Assembly: GCA_046290225.1 (NCBI GenBank)
Contig: JBKAGE010000013.1
Coordinates: 1-43,815, forward strand
From: Bradymonadia bacterium
GTDB taxonomy: Bacteria > Myxococcota_A > Bradymonadia > UBA7976 > UBA1532
Length of the DNA stretch: 43,815 nt
Reading direction: 5' to 3'
A model generated the notes under the pieces. It made no database searches. It was not told the origin of the DNA and saw only the letters and a list, made by a program, of their open reading frames with translations. Position 1 is the stretch's first letter. Every line of letters begins with the position of its first letter. The position numbers were made by a program, and so were the translations under genes. Positions 19,123 through 27,915 of the stretch are shown here, piece by piece.

Positions 19123-19365
19123 TCAACTCGCGGCTCGCTGAGCCACATCCTGATCGCCGGGAACCTGAGAAGCCGTGGCGCCCAATCCGAACTCCGAACG
19201 GAGTGCCCGGATCCCCCGATCGAGGGCCAGACGGAGGGTGACCGCGCGATTCGCACCTCCGTCTTCGCCGAAGAGGAACACCTCGTCGGCAAGGGTCTGG
19301 GCCAGGTGGTCGATGGCCCTCATCTGCTTCTCACTCAGTCGAACTTGGAGTGTGTAAGTCGCCAT
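19123..19365 (-). CDS. Small ribbon-helix-helix (CopG-like) DNA-binding protein, 80 aa
   Basis: GGAGGT RBS; YTLQVRLSEKQMRAIDHLA (beta strand + helix) and NRAVTLRLALDRGI (second helix). Confidence 0.6.
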   Translation of the reverse strand: MATYTLQVRLSEKQMRAIDHLAQTLADEVFLFGEDGGANRAVTLRLALDRGIRALRSEFGLGATASQVPGDQDVAQRAAS

Positions 19366-19410
19366 GTAGACCTCCCAGGTTTTCGTGTTTCTGTGACGAG
19401 AGCTATGGTT

Positions 19411-19470
19411 ACTGAACAAAGGTGCAGTTCTCAAGGGTAAAGTTGAACTTTATGCACTCGTTTGTTCAGT
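19411..19470. promoter_or_regulatory. Operator cluster upstream of the RHH gene: LexA-like box CTGAAC-AAAG-GTGCAG (19412-19427) and palindrome TAAAGTT-G-AACTTTA (19438-19452)
   Basis: Near match to the Myxococcus-type SOS box (CTGAAC-N4-GTTCAG-like); the region is bracketed by an ACTGAACAAA/TTTGTTCAGT inverted repeat. Confidence 0.45.
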
Positions 19471-19503
19471 GTTTTGGCGGGTTGTGGTGGTAGGTTGTTG
19501 TTT

Positions 19504-20631
19504 TTATTGGTGAAGTTTGCTGCAGGTCGGGCAGGCTGGATCTCGCGGGAGAGCCGTCTGCCTCAGGGTGGATTTCAGGCCATCATAGGCCAGCAAGCGG
19601 CCCACCAGAGGCTCGCCCACCCCGAGCAGCAGTTTCAGCGCCTCTGTTGCCTGTAGAAGACCGATCACCCCTGGGAGCACGCCCAGCACCCCGGCGGTGG
19701 CACAGTTCGGTGCAAGCTCGGGGGGCGGTGGATGGGGGAACAAGCAGCGATAACAAGGGCCCTTGGGAGGCGCGAAGACCGAGACCTGACCCTCGAAGCG
19801 GTGCACCGAGCCGTGCACACAGGGGACTCCGAGAGCTGCACAGGCATCGTTGAGGGTGTATCGGGCGGTGAAGTTGTCTGCGCCGTCGATGACCAGATCG
19901 TAGGGTTTGCCATCGGGCTCTGCTTCGCCGGAGATCAGGGCGGCGGCGTTCTCTGCCGTGAGCCGGTATGGGTGACGAGCGAGGCTCAGCTGAGGGTTGA
20001 GCGCCGTGAGGCGCTCGATGGCTGAGTCCACTTTGAGGCGACCCACAGCGTGATCCACGTGGATCACTTGTCTTTGCAGGTTGCTGCGATCGACCACGTC
20101 GTCGTCGACGAGGCCCAGGTGGCCCACGCCAGCGGCGGCGAGGTAGAGGGCCGCTGGGGATCCGAGGCCGCCGAGACCCACCAACAACACGCGGCTCTTG
20201 AGCAGAGTCCGCTGTCCGGCCTCACCGACCTCGGGCATGAGCAGGTGTCGGTGATATCGGGCCCGCAGGTCTGCGCCGAGTTGCTGTGGGATCTCGATGG
20301 GCAGCCCCTGGGCCTTCCAGGCTGTGAAGCCGCCAGCCATTGAGCGCACGTCGGTGTAGCCCAGGCGCAGGAGATCGTCGGCGGCGAGCAGCGAGCGCCG
20401 GCCGCTGGCGCACATGACCACCACCGGCGTGTCGAGGTCAGGGGCGTGATCTTCGATCTGGAGCTCGAGGGCGTCCCGCCCCAGCCGCACTGCGCCTTCA
20501 GGGCTGCCTTGAGACCACTCCTCTGGTGTACGCACGTCGACGAGGGTGCCGTCGAGGGCCTGGGTGGTGGCGGGGCTGATCTCCGGGATGCGCGCACGCA
20601 GGGCGCTCAGGTGGAGGTCTCGACGGCTCAT
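19504..20631 (-). CDS. moeB: Molybdopterin-synthase adenylyltransferase (N-terminal rhodanese + ThiF/MoeB)
   Basis: Rhodanese CASGRRS, VGLGGLGSP, SNLQRQ, PCYRCLF and C-terminal CPTC. Confidence 0.9.
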   Translation of the reverse strand: MSRRDLHLSALRARIPEISPATTQALDGTLVDVRTPEEWSQGSPEGAVRLGRDALELQIEDHAPDLDTPVVVMCASGRRSLLAADDLLRLGYTDVRSMAGGFTAWKAQGLPIEIPQQLGADLRARYHRHLLMPEVGEAGQRTLLKSRVLLVGLGGLGSPAALYLAAAGVGHLGLVDDDVVDRSNLQRQVIHVDHAVGRLKVDSAIERLTALNPQLSLARHPYRLTAENAAALISGEAEPDGKPYDLVIDGADNFTARYTLNDACAALGVPCVHGSVHRFEGQVSVFAPPKGPCYRCLFPHPPPPELAPNCATAGVLGVLPGVIGLLQATEALKLLLGVGEPLVGRLLAYDGLKSTLRQTALPRDPACPTCSKLHQ

Positions 20632-20729
20632 ACAGAAGGGCTCCTGATCATTTTCGGGCCGTGATGGATCGAACGCATGCCTCGTGCGTACGCCAGCAAA
20701 GGCGGGCGTACAACACGATTGGAGAGATC

Positions 20730-20996
20730 ATGAGACGACGCATTGGCCAGGTTGGGTGCGCGGTGGTGGCCATGTCGGTGGCGCTGAGCAGTGCACATGC
20801 CCAGAACGACGAGTCGAGTCCAGGTGAGCCTGCTGTGAAGGTCATCGACTTCGAGCGGGGGTCCACGGTGACCAGCACCCCTGAGAGTCCCTGGCTCGAG
20901 CAGACCGTGATCCGGCTTGGTGGGCGTCATGGCTCGTTGGTGCAGGTGCGCACCGACTTCAAAGATCGCATGCTCGCCGACGCCGACATGCTCTGA
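20730..20996 (+). CDS. cglF: CglF/GltF-like adventurous gliding motility small secreted protein
   Basis: Signal peptide (AHA/Q); KVIDFE...HGSLVQVRTDFKDRMLADADML matches the CglF pattern (IDFE..H.SLI.IR..F...M); GGAGA RBS. Confidence 0.65.
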   Translation: MRRRIGQVGCAVVAMSVALSSAHAQNDESSPGEPAVKVIDFERGSTVTSTPESPWLEQTVIRLGGRHGSLVQVRTDFKDRMLADADML

Positions 20997-21024
20997 TGCC
21001 AGAGCCTGAGTTCAGGCCTTGAAA

Positions 21025-21864
21025 TCAGAGGAAGAAATCAGGGGCAAGGGGGGTGCCGGGCTTTACGGCGTAATGCTCGAAGTCGGTGACCCCTGCTTCG
21101 GCGAGCACCTCGTCATCGATGAAGAAGTTGCCCGTGCACTCACGGCTCGGCCGGGTCAGGATCACGTGTGCGGCGTCGGACATGATGTCCACCTTGCGGC
21201 TGGCGTTGGCCATCTCCTCGCCCCCGAGCACGTTGCGCACCGCGGCAGTGTCGATGGCGGTCCGAGGCCAGAGCGCGTTCACCGCCACCCCTTGATCCTT
21301 GAACTCCTCGGCCATGCCCAGCACGCACATGCTCATGCCGTACTTCGCCATGGTGTAGGCCACGTGGTTCGAGAACCAGTGAGCGAACATGTTGAGGGGG
21401 GGTGACAGGTTCAGGATGTGAGGGTTGCTGGCGTTGAGCAGGTGAGGCAAGCAGAGCTTTGAGCACAAGAAAGTGCCTCGGGCGTTCACCTGGTTCATCA
21501 AATCATAGCGCTTCATCGTGGTGTGCAGGGTGCCCGTGAGGGAGATGGCGCTGGCGTTGTTCACGCAGATGTCGATGCCGCCGAAGGCCTCGACGCCCTT
21601 GCCGATGGCGGCCTGCACAGCTTCCTCGGAGCGCACGTCGACGATGCAGGGCAGAGCCTTGCCGCCGGCAGCTTCGATCTCTTCTGCGGCGCTGTAGATG
21701 GTGCCCGGCAGCCGAGGGTGAGGCTCGGCGGTCTTCGCTGCCAGGATGATGTTGGCGCCATCCTGGGCGGCCCGCAGGGCGATGGCCTTGCCGATGCCGC
21801 GGCTCGCACCGGTGATGAAGAGGGTCTTACCTGCAAGGCTGCCGGTCTGGATCGTCATCTGCAC
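21025..21864 (-). CDS. SDR family oxidoreductase (HSDL2-like)
   Basis: TGASRGIG, NNASAI, YTMAK and VNALWPRT motifs. Confidence 0.92.
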   Translation of the reverse strand: MQMTIQTGSLAGKTLFITGASRGIGKAIALRAAQDGANIILAAKTAEPHPRLPGTIYSAAEEIEAAGGKALPCIVDVRSEEAVQAAIGKGVEAFGGIDICVNNASAISLTGTLHTTMKRYDLMNQVNARGTFLCSKLCLPHLLNASNPHILNLSPPLNMFAHWFSNHVAYTMAKYGMSMCVLGMAEEFKDQGVAVNALWPRTAIDTAAVRNVLGGEEMANASRKVDIMSDAAHVILTRPSRECTGNFFIDDEVLAEAGVTDFEHYAVKPGTPLAPDFFL

Positions 21865-21897
21865 TTCCTCGTCGTTTGGGGGAGCGCAGCATAACCA

Positions 21898-23547
21898 CTA
21901 CCGGCGGCCCTGGTAATCACGTTCCACAAAGATGAGCGACACCCCATCGCCCGTGGGTTGGATGTCCATCCATTCAAAGCCTCGATCCTCGAATAGGGGT
22001 GGCCCTTCACCCTCGAAGGCAAGGTCGCCATCCCAGAGCACGCGCACGTGTGGGATCACCGCTTGCCCATTGGGCACTTCGGCGGCGTAGACATTGAGTC
22101 GGTAGCCGGTCCAGTCCTCTTCGAATGGCACTGTAGTGGTCAACTCCAGGATCTCGGGCTGCCCAGGCGCTTCGCTCGCCACGACGATGCGCGGATCGTC
22201 CAGGGGGTCCCCCTGCTCACCCCAGTCGTGGGTCGGCCGCGCGGGGTAGCAATCCCAGAACTCGTGAAACCAGAAGGTGCTGTAGGGGTGGAAGAAGTGC
22301 AGGTCGAGGTTGCCAGGTGTGTCCCACAACAACTCCACCCGGAGTCCTCGAGGGGGCTCGGTGGCTTCGATGCTCACCGTGGTGGTGCGTTGACAGGCGC
22401 GGACGTCTGCCACCTCGAGTTCAAGCTGGTAGAGGCCTGGCTGATCGGCGATGAAGAGGACCTCGGGCGTAGTGGGATCATCAGCGCCTTCGCCGGGGGG
22501 CTCTCGCAGCAGGGCTTGAGAGCGCTCTGGGGCGTCGAGAATCGACCAGACCCATTTGACCACCTGCAGGTTCTCGTCGGTGTGATGGCTCGCAGCTCCG
22601 CTCAGGGTCAGAGGTGCCCCCACCTCCACCGTCGCTTCGATGGGATCAGCCACTGCCACCGGGCAGGGCCGTTCTGCGGCGACTCCCCGGGCAGGTACTC
22701 TGATCGTGCGTTGCGCCTCATCGTTGTCGATGTTGAACGAGATGGAGGCGTTGTACTCCCCATACGATCGAGGGTCGAAGCCCACGACGAGTGCTGTCGT
22801 GCCCCCAGGTGGTAAAGGTGCTGGCGTCTCGCTGCGGGCGAGGGAGAACACATCGTCACCTTCGAGATCGAGGGCTCTGATGATGATGGGCTGCGCGTCG
22901 CAGCTGGTGAGCGTGAGCACCTGCTGTCGAGGGGCGCCTTGAAGCTCTGCAGCATCGAAGTCGATGGTGGGTGGTGACACGGTCAAACAAGGGGGTTGAT
23001 GGTTACCCAGAAGAGGCACGCGCACCTCGGCACGTTCGGGATCATCACTCTCGATGACCAGCTCTGCGGAGAGGGCGTCGAGTGATTCGCCGACTTGTCT
23101 GATGTGTAATGTGGCGGCATTGCCCGGGCCGATGCCCGGCGCTCCGTCGACGTCGGGATCCTCGAGGGCGCTGGGCAATCTTGTGGGGTTGAGACCATTG
23201 AGGGCCACTTCGAATCCACTGTCACCGACAATGGACATACTCACCAGGTTGAGTGGACGCTCGCCTGTATTCGCGATCATCAGAGAGACTGCAGGACCAC
23301 CTCCGAGCGGAAAACTGATTGGATCTTCGTCGACTGCAATACTGGGTGGCCCCTGAGCCACAGTGGTGTCTGGTGTATCGGGGAGAGTGCCGTCTGAACC
23401 CCCCTGATCGGGTGAGTCGGTGTCGACTGATGATGAAATTGATGCATCCGGGTCGGTGGTTGAGACCGGGTTTTCGGCGATGCAGCCAGAAGTGGCGCAT
23501 AAGCAAAGCGTTGTGAGCACTATGTGTGCTCGTGATGATGTGTACAT
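21898..23547 (-). CDS. Lipoprotein with Ig-like (choice-of-anchor D/ASH-type) domains, a PKD-like domain and a YfaP-like C-terminus
   Basis: Lipobox TSGC; IANTGERPL, LVIESDDPE, LTLSGAAS..WVWS and LRVELLWDTPGNLDLH motifs. Confidence 0.7.
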   Translation of the reverse strand: MYTSSRAHIVLTTLCLCATSGCIAENPVSTTDPDASISSSVDTDSPDQGGSDGTLPDTPDTTVAQGPPSIAVDEDPISFPLGGGPAVSLMIANTGERPLNLVSMSIVGDSGFEVALNGLNPTRLPSALEDPDVDGAPGIGPGNAATLHIRQVGESLDALSAELVIESDDPERAEVRVPLLGNHQPPCLTVSPPTIDFDAAELQGAPRQQVLTLTSCDAQPIIIRALDLEGDDVFSLARSETPAPLPPGGTTALVVGFDPRSYGEYNASISFNIDNDEAQRTIRVPARGVAAERPCPVAVADPIEATVEVGAPLTLSGAASHHTDENLQVVKWVWSILDAPERSQALLREPPGEGADDPTTPEVLFIADQPGLYQLELEVADVRACQRTTTVSIEATEPPRGLRVELLWDTPGNLDLHFFHPYSTFWFHEFWDCYPARPTHDWGEQGDPLDDPRIVVASEAPGQPEILELTTTVPFEEDWTGYRLNVYAAEVPNGQAVIPHVRVLWDGDLAFEGEGPPLFEDRGFEWMDIQPTGDGVSLIFVERDYQGRR

Positions 23548-23685
23548 TGCGCAGCCTCCCAAAACACGCGTGAGACATCTGAGACAGTCATCCTCAAGAC
23601 TGTCAATTGACGGGCCGAAGATCAGAGCGAGTCGAATACGTGCCGACGATCTACGAAACGCACGTGTCGAAACGAGCAGGGGAAC

Positions 23686-24924
23686 ATGATGTTGATCACC
23701 ACCGCCGCTTCGGCTCACGTCGGGACCGCAGATGCCGTGCAGGCCCTCATCGACGCCCTCAATGCCAAGCTTGCAGAGTCCGGCGAGGATGGGTGTGTCA
23801 CCGACGAAGATGGCCTTCGAGGCCTCATCACCATCGCGTACAACGCAGAGCACGACGCCACGTTGATCTCGGCTGGGCTCCGAGAGGCGTTTCCAGACTT
23901 CGCCATCCTCGGGGCATCATCGTGCCTCGGCGCCATGACCGAGGCGGGGGTGTGGGGCGATGCGGGTGCTGGAGGCCTTGCAGCGTTGTTGATGTGTGAT
24001 CCCGATGGAGACTTTGGCGCTGGCATCAGCCCGGTGGGGGATGATCCACAAGAAGCGGGTCGTCAGGCGCTGAGGGCGGCCCTTGAGGCTGCTGAACGAC
24101 CCGGCGAGCTGCCCGAGCTGGTGTGGTGCAGCCCCAGCCCCGGACACGAAGAGGCGGTGATCGAGGGACTTCAGAGCGTGCTGGGCCCTGGCACCCCCAT
24201 CATCGGTGGGAGCGCCGCCGACAATGAGGTCGCTGGGGGCTGGTCCCACTTCGCGGGCACACAGGTGGAGCAGGAAGGCGTCGCCGTGGCGGTGTTGTTC
24301 CCCTCGGGCACTGTAGGGTTCGCCTTCCGCAGTGGTTACGAGCCTACGGAGAAGACAGGCACGGTCACTCGGGTCGAGGGCCGATCCATCGTGGAGATCG
24401 ACGGTGAGCCTGCCGCCGAGGTGTACGATCGATGGACTGATGGCCTGTTGGCAGGCTCAGGTGCCTTGGAGGGCGGGAACGTCCTGGGCGTGACCACGAT
24501 GAGCCCCCTCGGTCGCACGGTCGGTCAGGTGGGCGGCTTCGACGAGTATTTGCTGGTGCATCCGGAGCGGGTGGGCCCTGAAGGGGTGCTGGCCACCTTC
24601 GCCGAGATCGCTCAGGGTGAGGCCCTCACGCTCATGACCGGCACCCGAGACAGCCTCGCCACCCGCGCTGGCCGCGTGGCTGCAGACGCCATGGAGCTCG
24701 GTCGACAAGACAAAGACGACATCGCCGGGGCGCTGGTGATCTTTTGCGCCGGGTGCATGCTCACGATCCGCGAGGAGATGCCTCGGGTGGTGAAGAGTCT
24801 CAACGGTACCCTCGAGGGTCGGCCGTTTTTGGGGGCTTTCACCTTTGGCGAGCAGGGTTGCTTGAGCACGGGTGCCAATCGGCACGGCAACTTGATGATC
24901 TCGGTGGTGACGTTCAGTCGATGA
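23686..24924 (+). CDS. FIST domain sensory protein (NosP-like)
   Basis: GASSC.G, PIIGGSAAD, IVEIDGEPAA, IFCAGC and GAFTFGEQG motifs (FIST_N + FIST_C). Confidence 0.9.
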   Translation: MMLITTAASAHVGTADAVQALIDALNAKLAESGEDGCVTDEDGLRGLITIAYNAEHDATLISAGLREAFPDFAILGASSCLGAMTEAGVWGDAGAGGLAALLMCDPDGDFGAGISPVGDDPQEAGRQALRAALEAAERPGELPELVWCSPSPGHEEAVIEGLQSVLGPGTPIIGGSAADNEVAGGWSHFAGTQVEQEGVAVAVLFPSGTVGFAFRSGYEPTEKTGTVTRVEGRSIVEIDGEPAAEVYDRWTDGLLAGSGALEGGNVLGVTTMSPLGRTVGQVGGFDEYLLVHPERVGPEGVLATFAEIAQGEALTLMTGTRDSLATRAGRVAADAMELGRQDKDDIAGALVIFCAGCMLTIREEMPRVVKSLNGTLEGRPFLGAFTFGEQGCLSTGANRHGNLMISVVTFSR

Positions 24925-25697
24925 GCAGTCTGCAGGAACAGCTCCGAGAGGCGTTGATTACATTGCAACGCCTCAAAGATCAGGCCGAACGGCAGCGCTC
25001 GGAGACCGAGGCGCTGCTCGAAGGCCTCGGCGCGATTCTCGAGCCCAAGGGGCCCGACGCGATCTTTCAGGACATGTTCCAGGTGTTCGAGCGCATCATT
25101 GGCTTCGAGCATGCCTTCATGTTGCAGCCTGATCCGGATCAGCCGGGCTCTCTGGTCTGCACGGCGAGTACGGAGGCACGCTTCTCGGGCCTTCGGTGGT
25201 GGCCGCGGCGGCTCTTCAAGCGGGTACTCCGCGGCAAAGGCACCACCACTTACAGCATCGCCGAGCTGCCAGAGTGGCAGCTTCACCCGGAGTCAGTCCG
25301 GTTGGGTGTTGGCTCTGCATTGTATGCGCCGGTCCCCATGAACAATGGAGAGATGGCGCTCTTCGTCATGATCCACGTGAAGCCGGGCTATTTCACTCGG
25401 GCTCATGTCTCCCTGGTGAGCCGCTTCGCTCTGGTGGCGTCTCAAGCGCTGGCCAGCGTCGAATCCCATCGTTTGAGAGAGGCCGAGGTCGATCCCCGAA
25501 CACAGAAGGCAGCCCTGGCTCAAAGCCTCAACCGGGCCATCGAGGCCCCCCTGCATCGCCTCGAGTCACAGCTGGAGCACCTCGCTCGTGGCGCTTCGGG
25601 GGAGCGCCCGGTTGGGCTCGACGCGATCCAGTGCTCGCTCTCGGATTTGAAGGCGGCCATCTCGTCGACGCTGGGTCGAGAGGTGCTGAAGCCCTGA
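24921..25697 (+). CDS. Coiled-coil + GAF-like protein ending in a degenerate, His-less HisKA-like helix
   Basis: ATGA overlap with the FIST gene; GAF-like SALYAPV..FTRAHVSLVSRFA; no HATPase domain. Confidence 0.7.
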   Translation: MSSLQEQLREALITLQRLKDQAERQRSETEALLEGLGAILEPKGPDAIFQDMFQVFERIIGFEHAFMLQPDPDQPGSLVCTASTEARFSGLRWWPRRLFKRVLRGKGTTTYSIAELPEWQLHPESVRLGVGSALYAPVPMNNGEMALFVMIHVKPGYFTRAHVSLVSRFALVASQALASVESHRLREAEVDPRTQKAALAQSLNRAIEAPLHRLESQLEHLARGASGERPVGLDAIQCSLSDLKAAISSTLGREVLKP

Positions 25698-25744
25698 TCG
25701 ACCATCATGTGCGACGCTGACACCGGCGAGACATCCTTGCCAGT

Positions 25745-27268
25745 GTGAACAACGCACCCCACCACGGACAACACGTCGACGTCGCGGTCATCGGGTCGGG
25801 CTTCGGCGGCCTTGGCTGTGCCCTGCGTCTCGCAGAGCGCGGTGCTTCAGTGGCCCTGTACGAAGCCCTGAACTACCCCGGAGGCTGCGCCAGCACATTC
25901 ACCCGTCACAGATGCCGATTCGAATCGGGTGCCACCCTCTTCTCGGGCTTCGGTGAAGGCCAGCTCATGCGCCGCTGGATCGATGATCACGCCATGCCGG
26001 TGCAGATGCACTTCATCGATCCGCCCGTGGTGCTGCGTACGCCGGATTTCACATTGGAGATCCCCAACGACAGAGCTGCCTTCGTCGATCGACTGTGCGC
26101 CATGCCAGGGGCACCAGAGCAGGCGCTGCGACGATTTTTCACTGATCAGGGCCGCATCGCAGACACGTTGTGGTCGCTCTTCTCGGATCCGGCGCTGCTG
26201 CCCCCCTTTGGCCCGGGGGGTTTCATGGCGCACCTGCGGCGGAGTCCACGCTACTTACCCTTGTTGCGGGTGATCGGTCGGCCCCTCGGCGCTGTGATGG
26301 CTCGGTATGGTGTCGCTGACTTCGACCCCCTGCGCATCACCCTCGATGCGCTGTGCCAGATCACCGTGCAGGCTGGGGTGCAGGCAGCCGAGGCGCCTTT
26401 TGCCATGGCCACGATGGACTACACATTTCGGGGCACAGGCCACGTGGAAGGCGGAGTCGGGGTGCTCGCCCGGGCCATCACCGACACCCTCACAGATCTC
26501 GGCGCCCAGGTGCGCATGCCCGATCGGGTGCACTGCATCACCCGGGAGGGGGATCGCTGGCGGGTGAAGAGCCGCAAGGGTGAGCTTACGGCTCAGGTGG
26601 TGGTGGCCAACATGTTGCCGCAGGACGTGCGGGCGTTGGCGGGCATCGAGCAGGGCAGCCACCGAACACTCGATCGACTCTCCGAGCGTGTGGAAGAGGG
26701 CTGGGGCGCGGTGATGCTCTATCGAGTGGTCGAGCCTGATGCCCCCGTGCGCCCCGAGGCCCATCACATTGAGATCGTACAAGATCCTGCTGCGCCCTTC
26801 ATCCACGGCAACCACCTGTTCTGTTCCGTGAGCGACGTGGCCGAAGATCGCGCCCCTGAAGGCCGCCGCACGGTGACGGTGAGCACGCACGTAAGACTCG
26901 CAGAGCTGTTGGCGATGTCAGCAGACGATCAGCGCGTGCACGTGGAGTCGATCCAGCAGCACATGCGCGACGGACTCGATCGCTTCGCCCCAGAGCTTTC
27001 TGGCGAAGCGGTGCACCGCGAGATGCCAGCGAGCCCCCGAACCTTCGAGCGGTTCACGCGCCGTCATGGCGGATACGTGGGTGGGATCCCGAGGCGCGCG
27101 GGATTGATCAACTACACCGGGCTGTTCCCCAAGCCTGTTCAGCCCGGCCTCTACATGGTGGGGGACACGATGTTCCCTGGTCAGAGCACTCTGGCCACCG
27201 CTCTGGGTGGTTATAAGCTCGCAGAGCACCTCATGAAGAAAGGTGTCGGCAGCCGCGCTCTCACCTGA
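25745..27268 (+). CDS. Phytoene desaturase superfamily FAD oxidoreductase (CrtD/CrtH-like)
   Basis: VIGSGFGGL, PGGCASTF...FESGAT, SPRTFERFT and LYMVGDTMFPGQST motifs. Confidence 0.85.
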   Translation: MNNAPHHGQHVDVAVIGSGFGGLGCALRLAERGASVALYEALNYPGGCASTFTRHRCRFESGATLFSGFGEGQLMRRWIDDHAMPVQMHFIDPPVVLRTPDFTLEIPNDRAAFVDRLCAMPGAPEQALRRFFTDQGRIADTLWSLFSDPALLPPFGPGGFMAHLRRSPRYLPLLRVIGRPLGAVMARYGVADFDPLRITLDALCQITVQAGVQAAEAPFAMATMDYTFRGTGHVEGGVGVLARAITDTLTDLGAQVRMPDRVHCITREGDRWRVKSRKGELTAQVVVANMLPQDVRALAGIEQGSHRTLDRLSERVEEGWGAVMLYRVVEPDAPVRPEAHHIEIVQDPAAPFIHGNHLFCSVSDVAEDRAPEGRRTVTVSTHVRLAELLAMSADDQRVHVESIQQHMRDGLDRFAPELSGEAVHREMPASPRTFERFTRRHGGYVGGIPRRAGLINYTGLFPKPVQPGLYMVGDTMFPGQSTLATALGGYKLAEHLMKKGVGSRALT

Positions 27269-27381
27269 ACCACTTGCCTGCACATCGTGACCTGACGTCT
27301 GACAAAGACGTTGCGGATATGCACGACTCGATGCGTGACTGGACGCTTTGCCGTGATGTGTCAGCGTTGGGCTGGGGCCTT

Positions 27382-27849
27382 TGTAGGCAGTCGTCGCTTC
27401 GCTCCGCCTGCGTAGGCAGCTTTGTCGGCCGGCCTTCGGCCCGCCTTGGAGCTGCGTACACGTCGGCACGCTCGCTGGCGCGAGCAGGCCTCCGGGTAGG
27501 CAGGGTCGCTCAGGGCTGCGCCCTTCTCGCTCGCTCCCCTGCGTAAAAAGTCAGTTCTGGTGTGGCTTTGTACTGCTTCCAACGTTGTTGGGGCTTACGC
27601 CCAACATTCATACTGAGAGGCTTGCAGGTTCGCGGTAGGTCGAATCCCGGGGGCTTCAGCAACAAGATACAGAAGAAGCTCTTTACGCAGGGGAGCGAGC
27701 AAACAGGGCAAAGCCCTGAGCGACCCTGCCTACCCGGAGGGGTTCCGCGTAAGCGGATCCCCGAACGTGTACGCGCCAGACGAGGCGGTCCGAAGGACTG
27801 CCGAAGGCCCGGCGCCTACGCAGGCGGAGCGAAGCGACGACTGCCTACA
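27382..27849. repeat. Nested REP/REPIN-like long palindrome (GTAG-type), possible non-autonomous element
   Basis: Perfect 36-bp terminal inverted repeat (27382-27417 / 27814-27849) plus internal inverted repeats of 10, 29 and 19 bp around a ~134-bp spacer. Confidence 0.85.
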
Positions 27850-27915
27850 CAGGTCCTGCAATACACTGCAAATCTTAGCTGCCAGTTCTTTCAAGGTCAT
27901 ATACCCATTAAGGCA

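Noticed and set aside
18797..19500. Possible terminal inverted repeats (CAACAAC..CCACAA) bounding the RHH patch
   Set aside because: Low-complexity C/A-rich similarity with several mismatches and no target-site duplication seen
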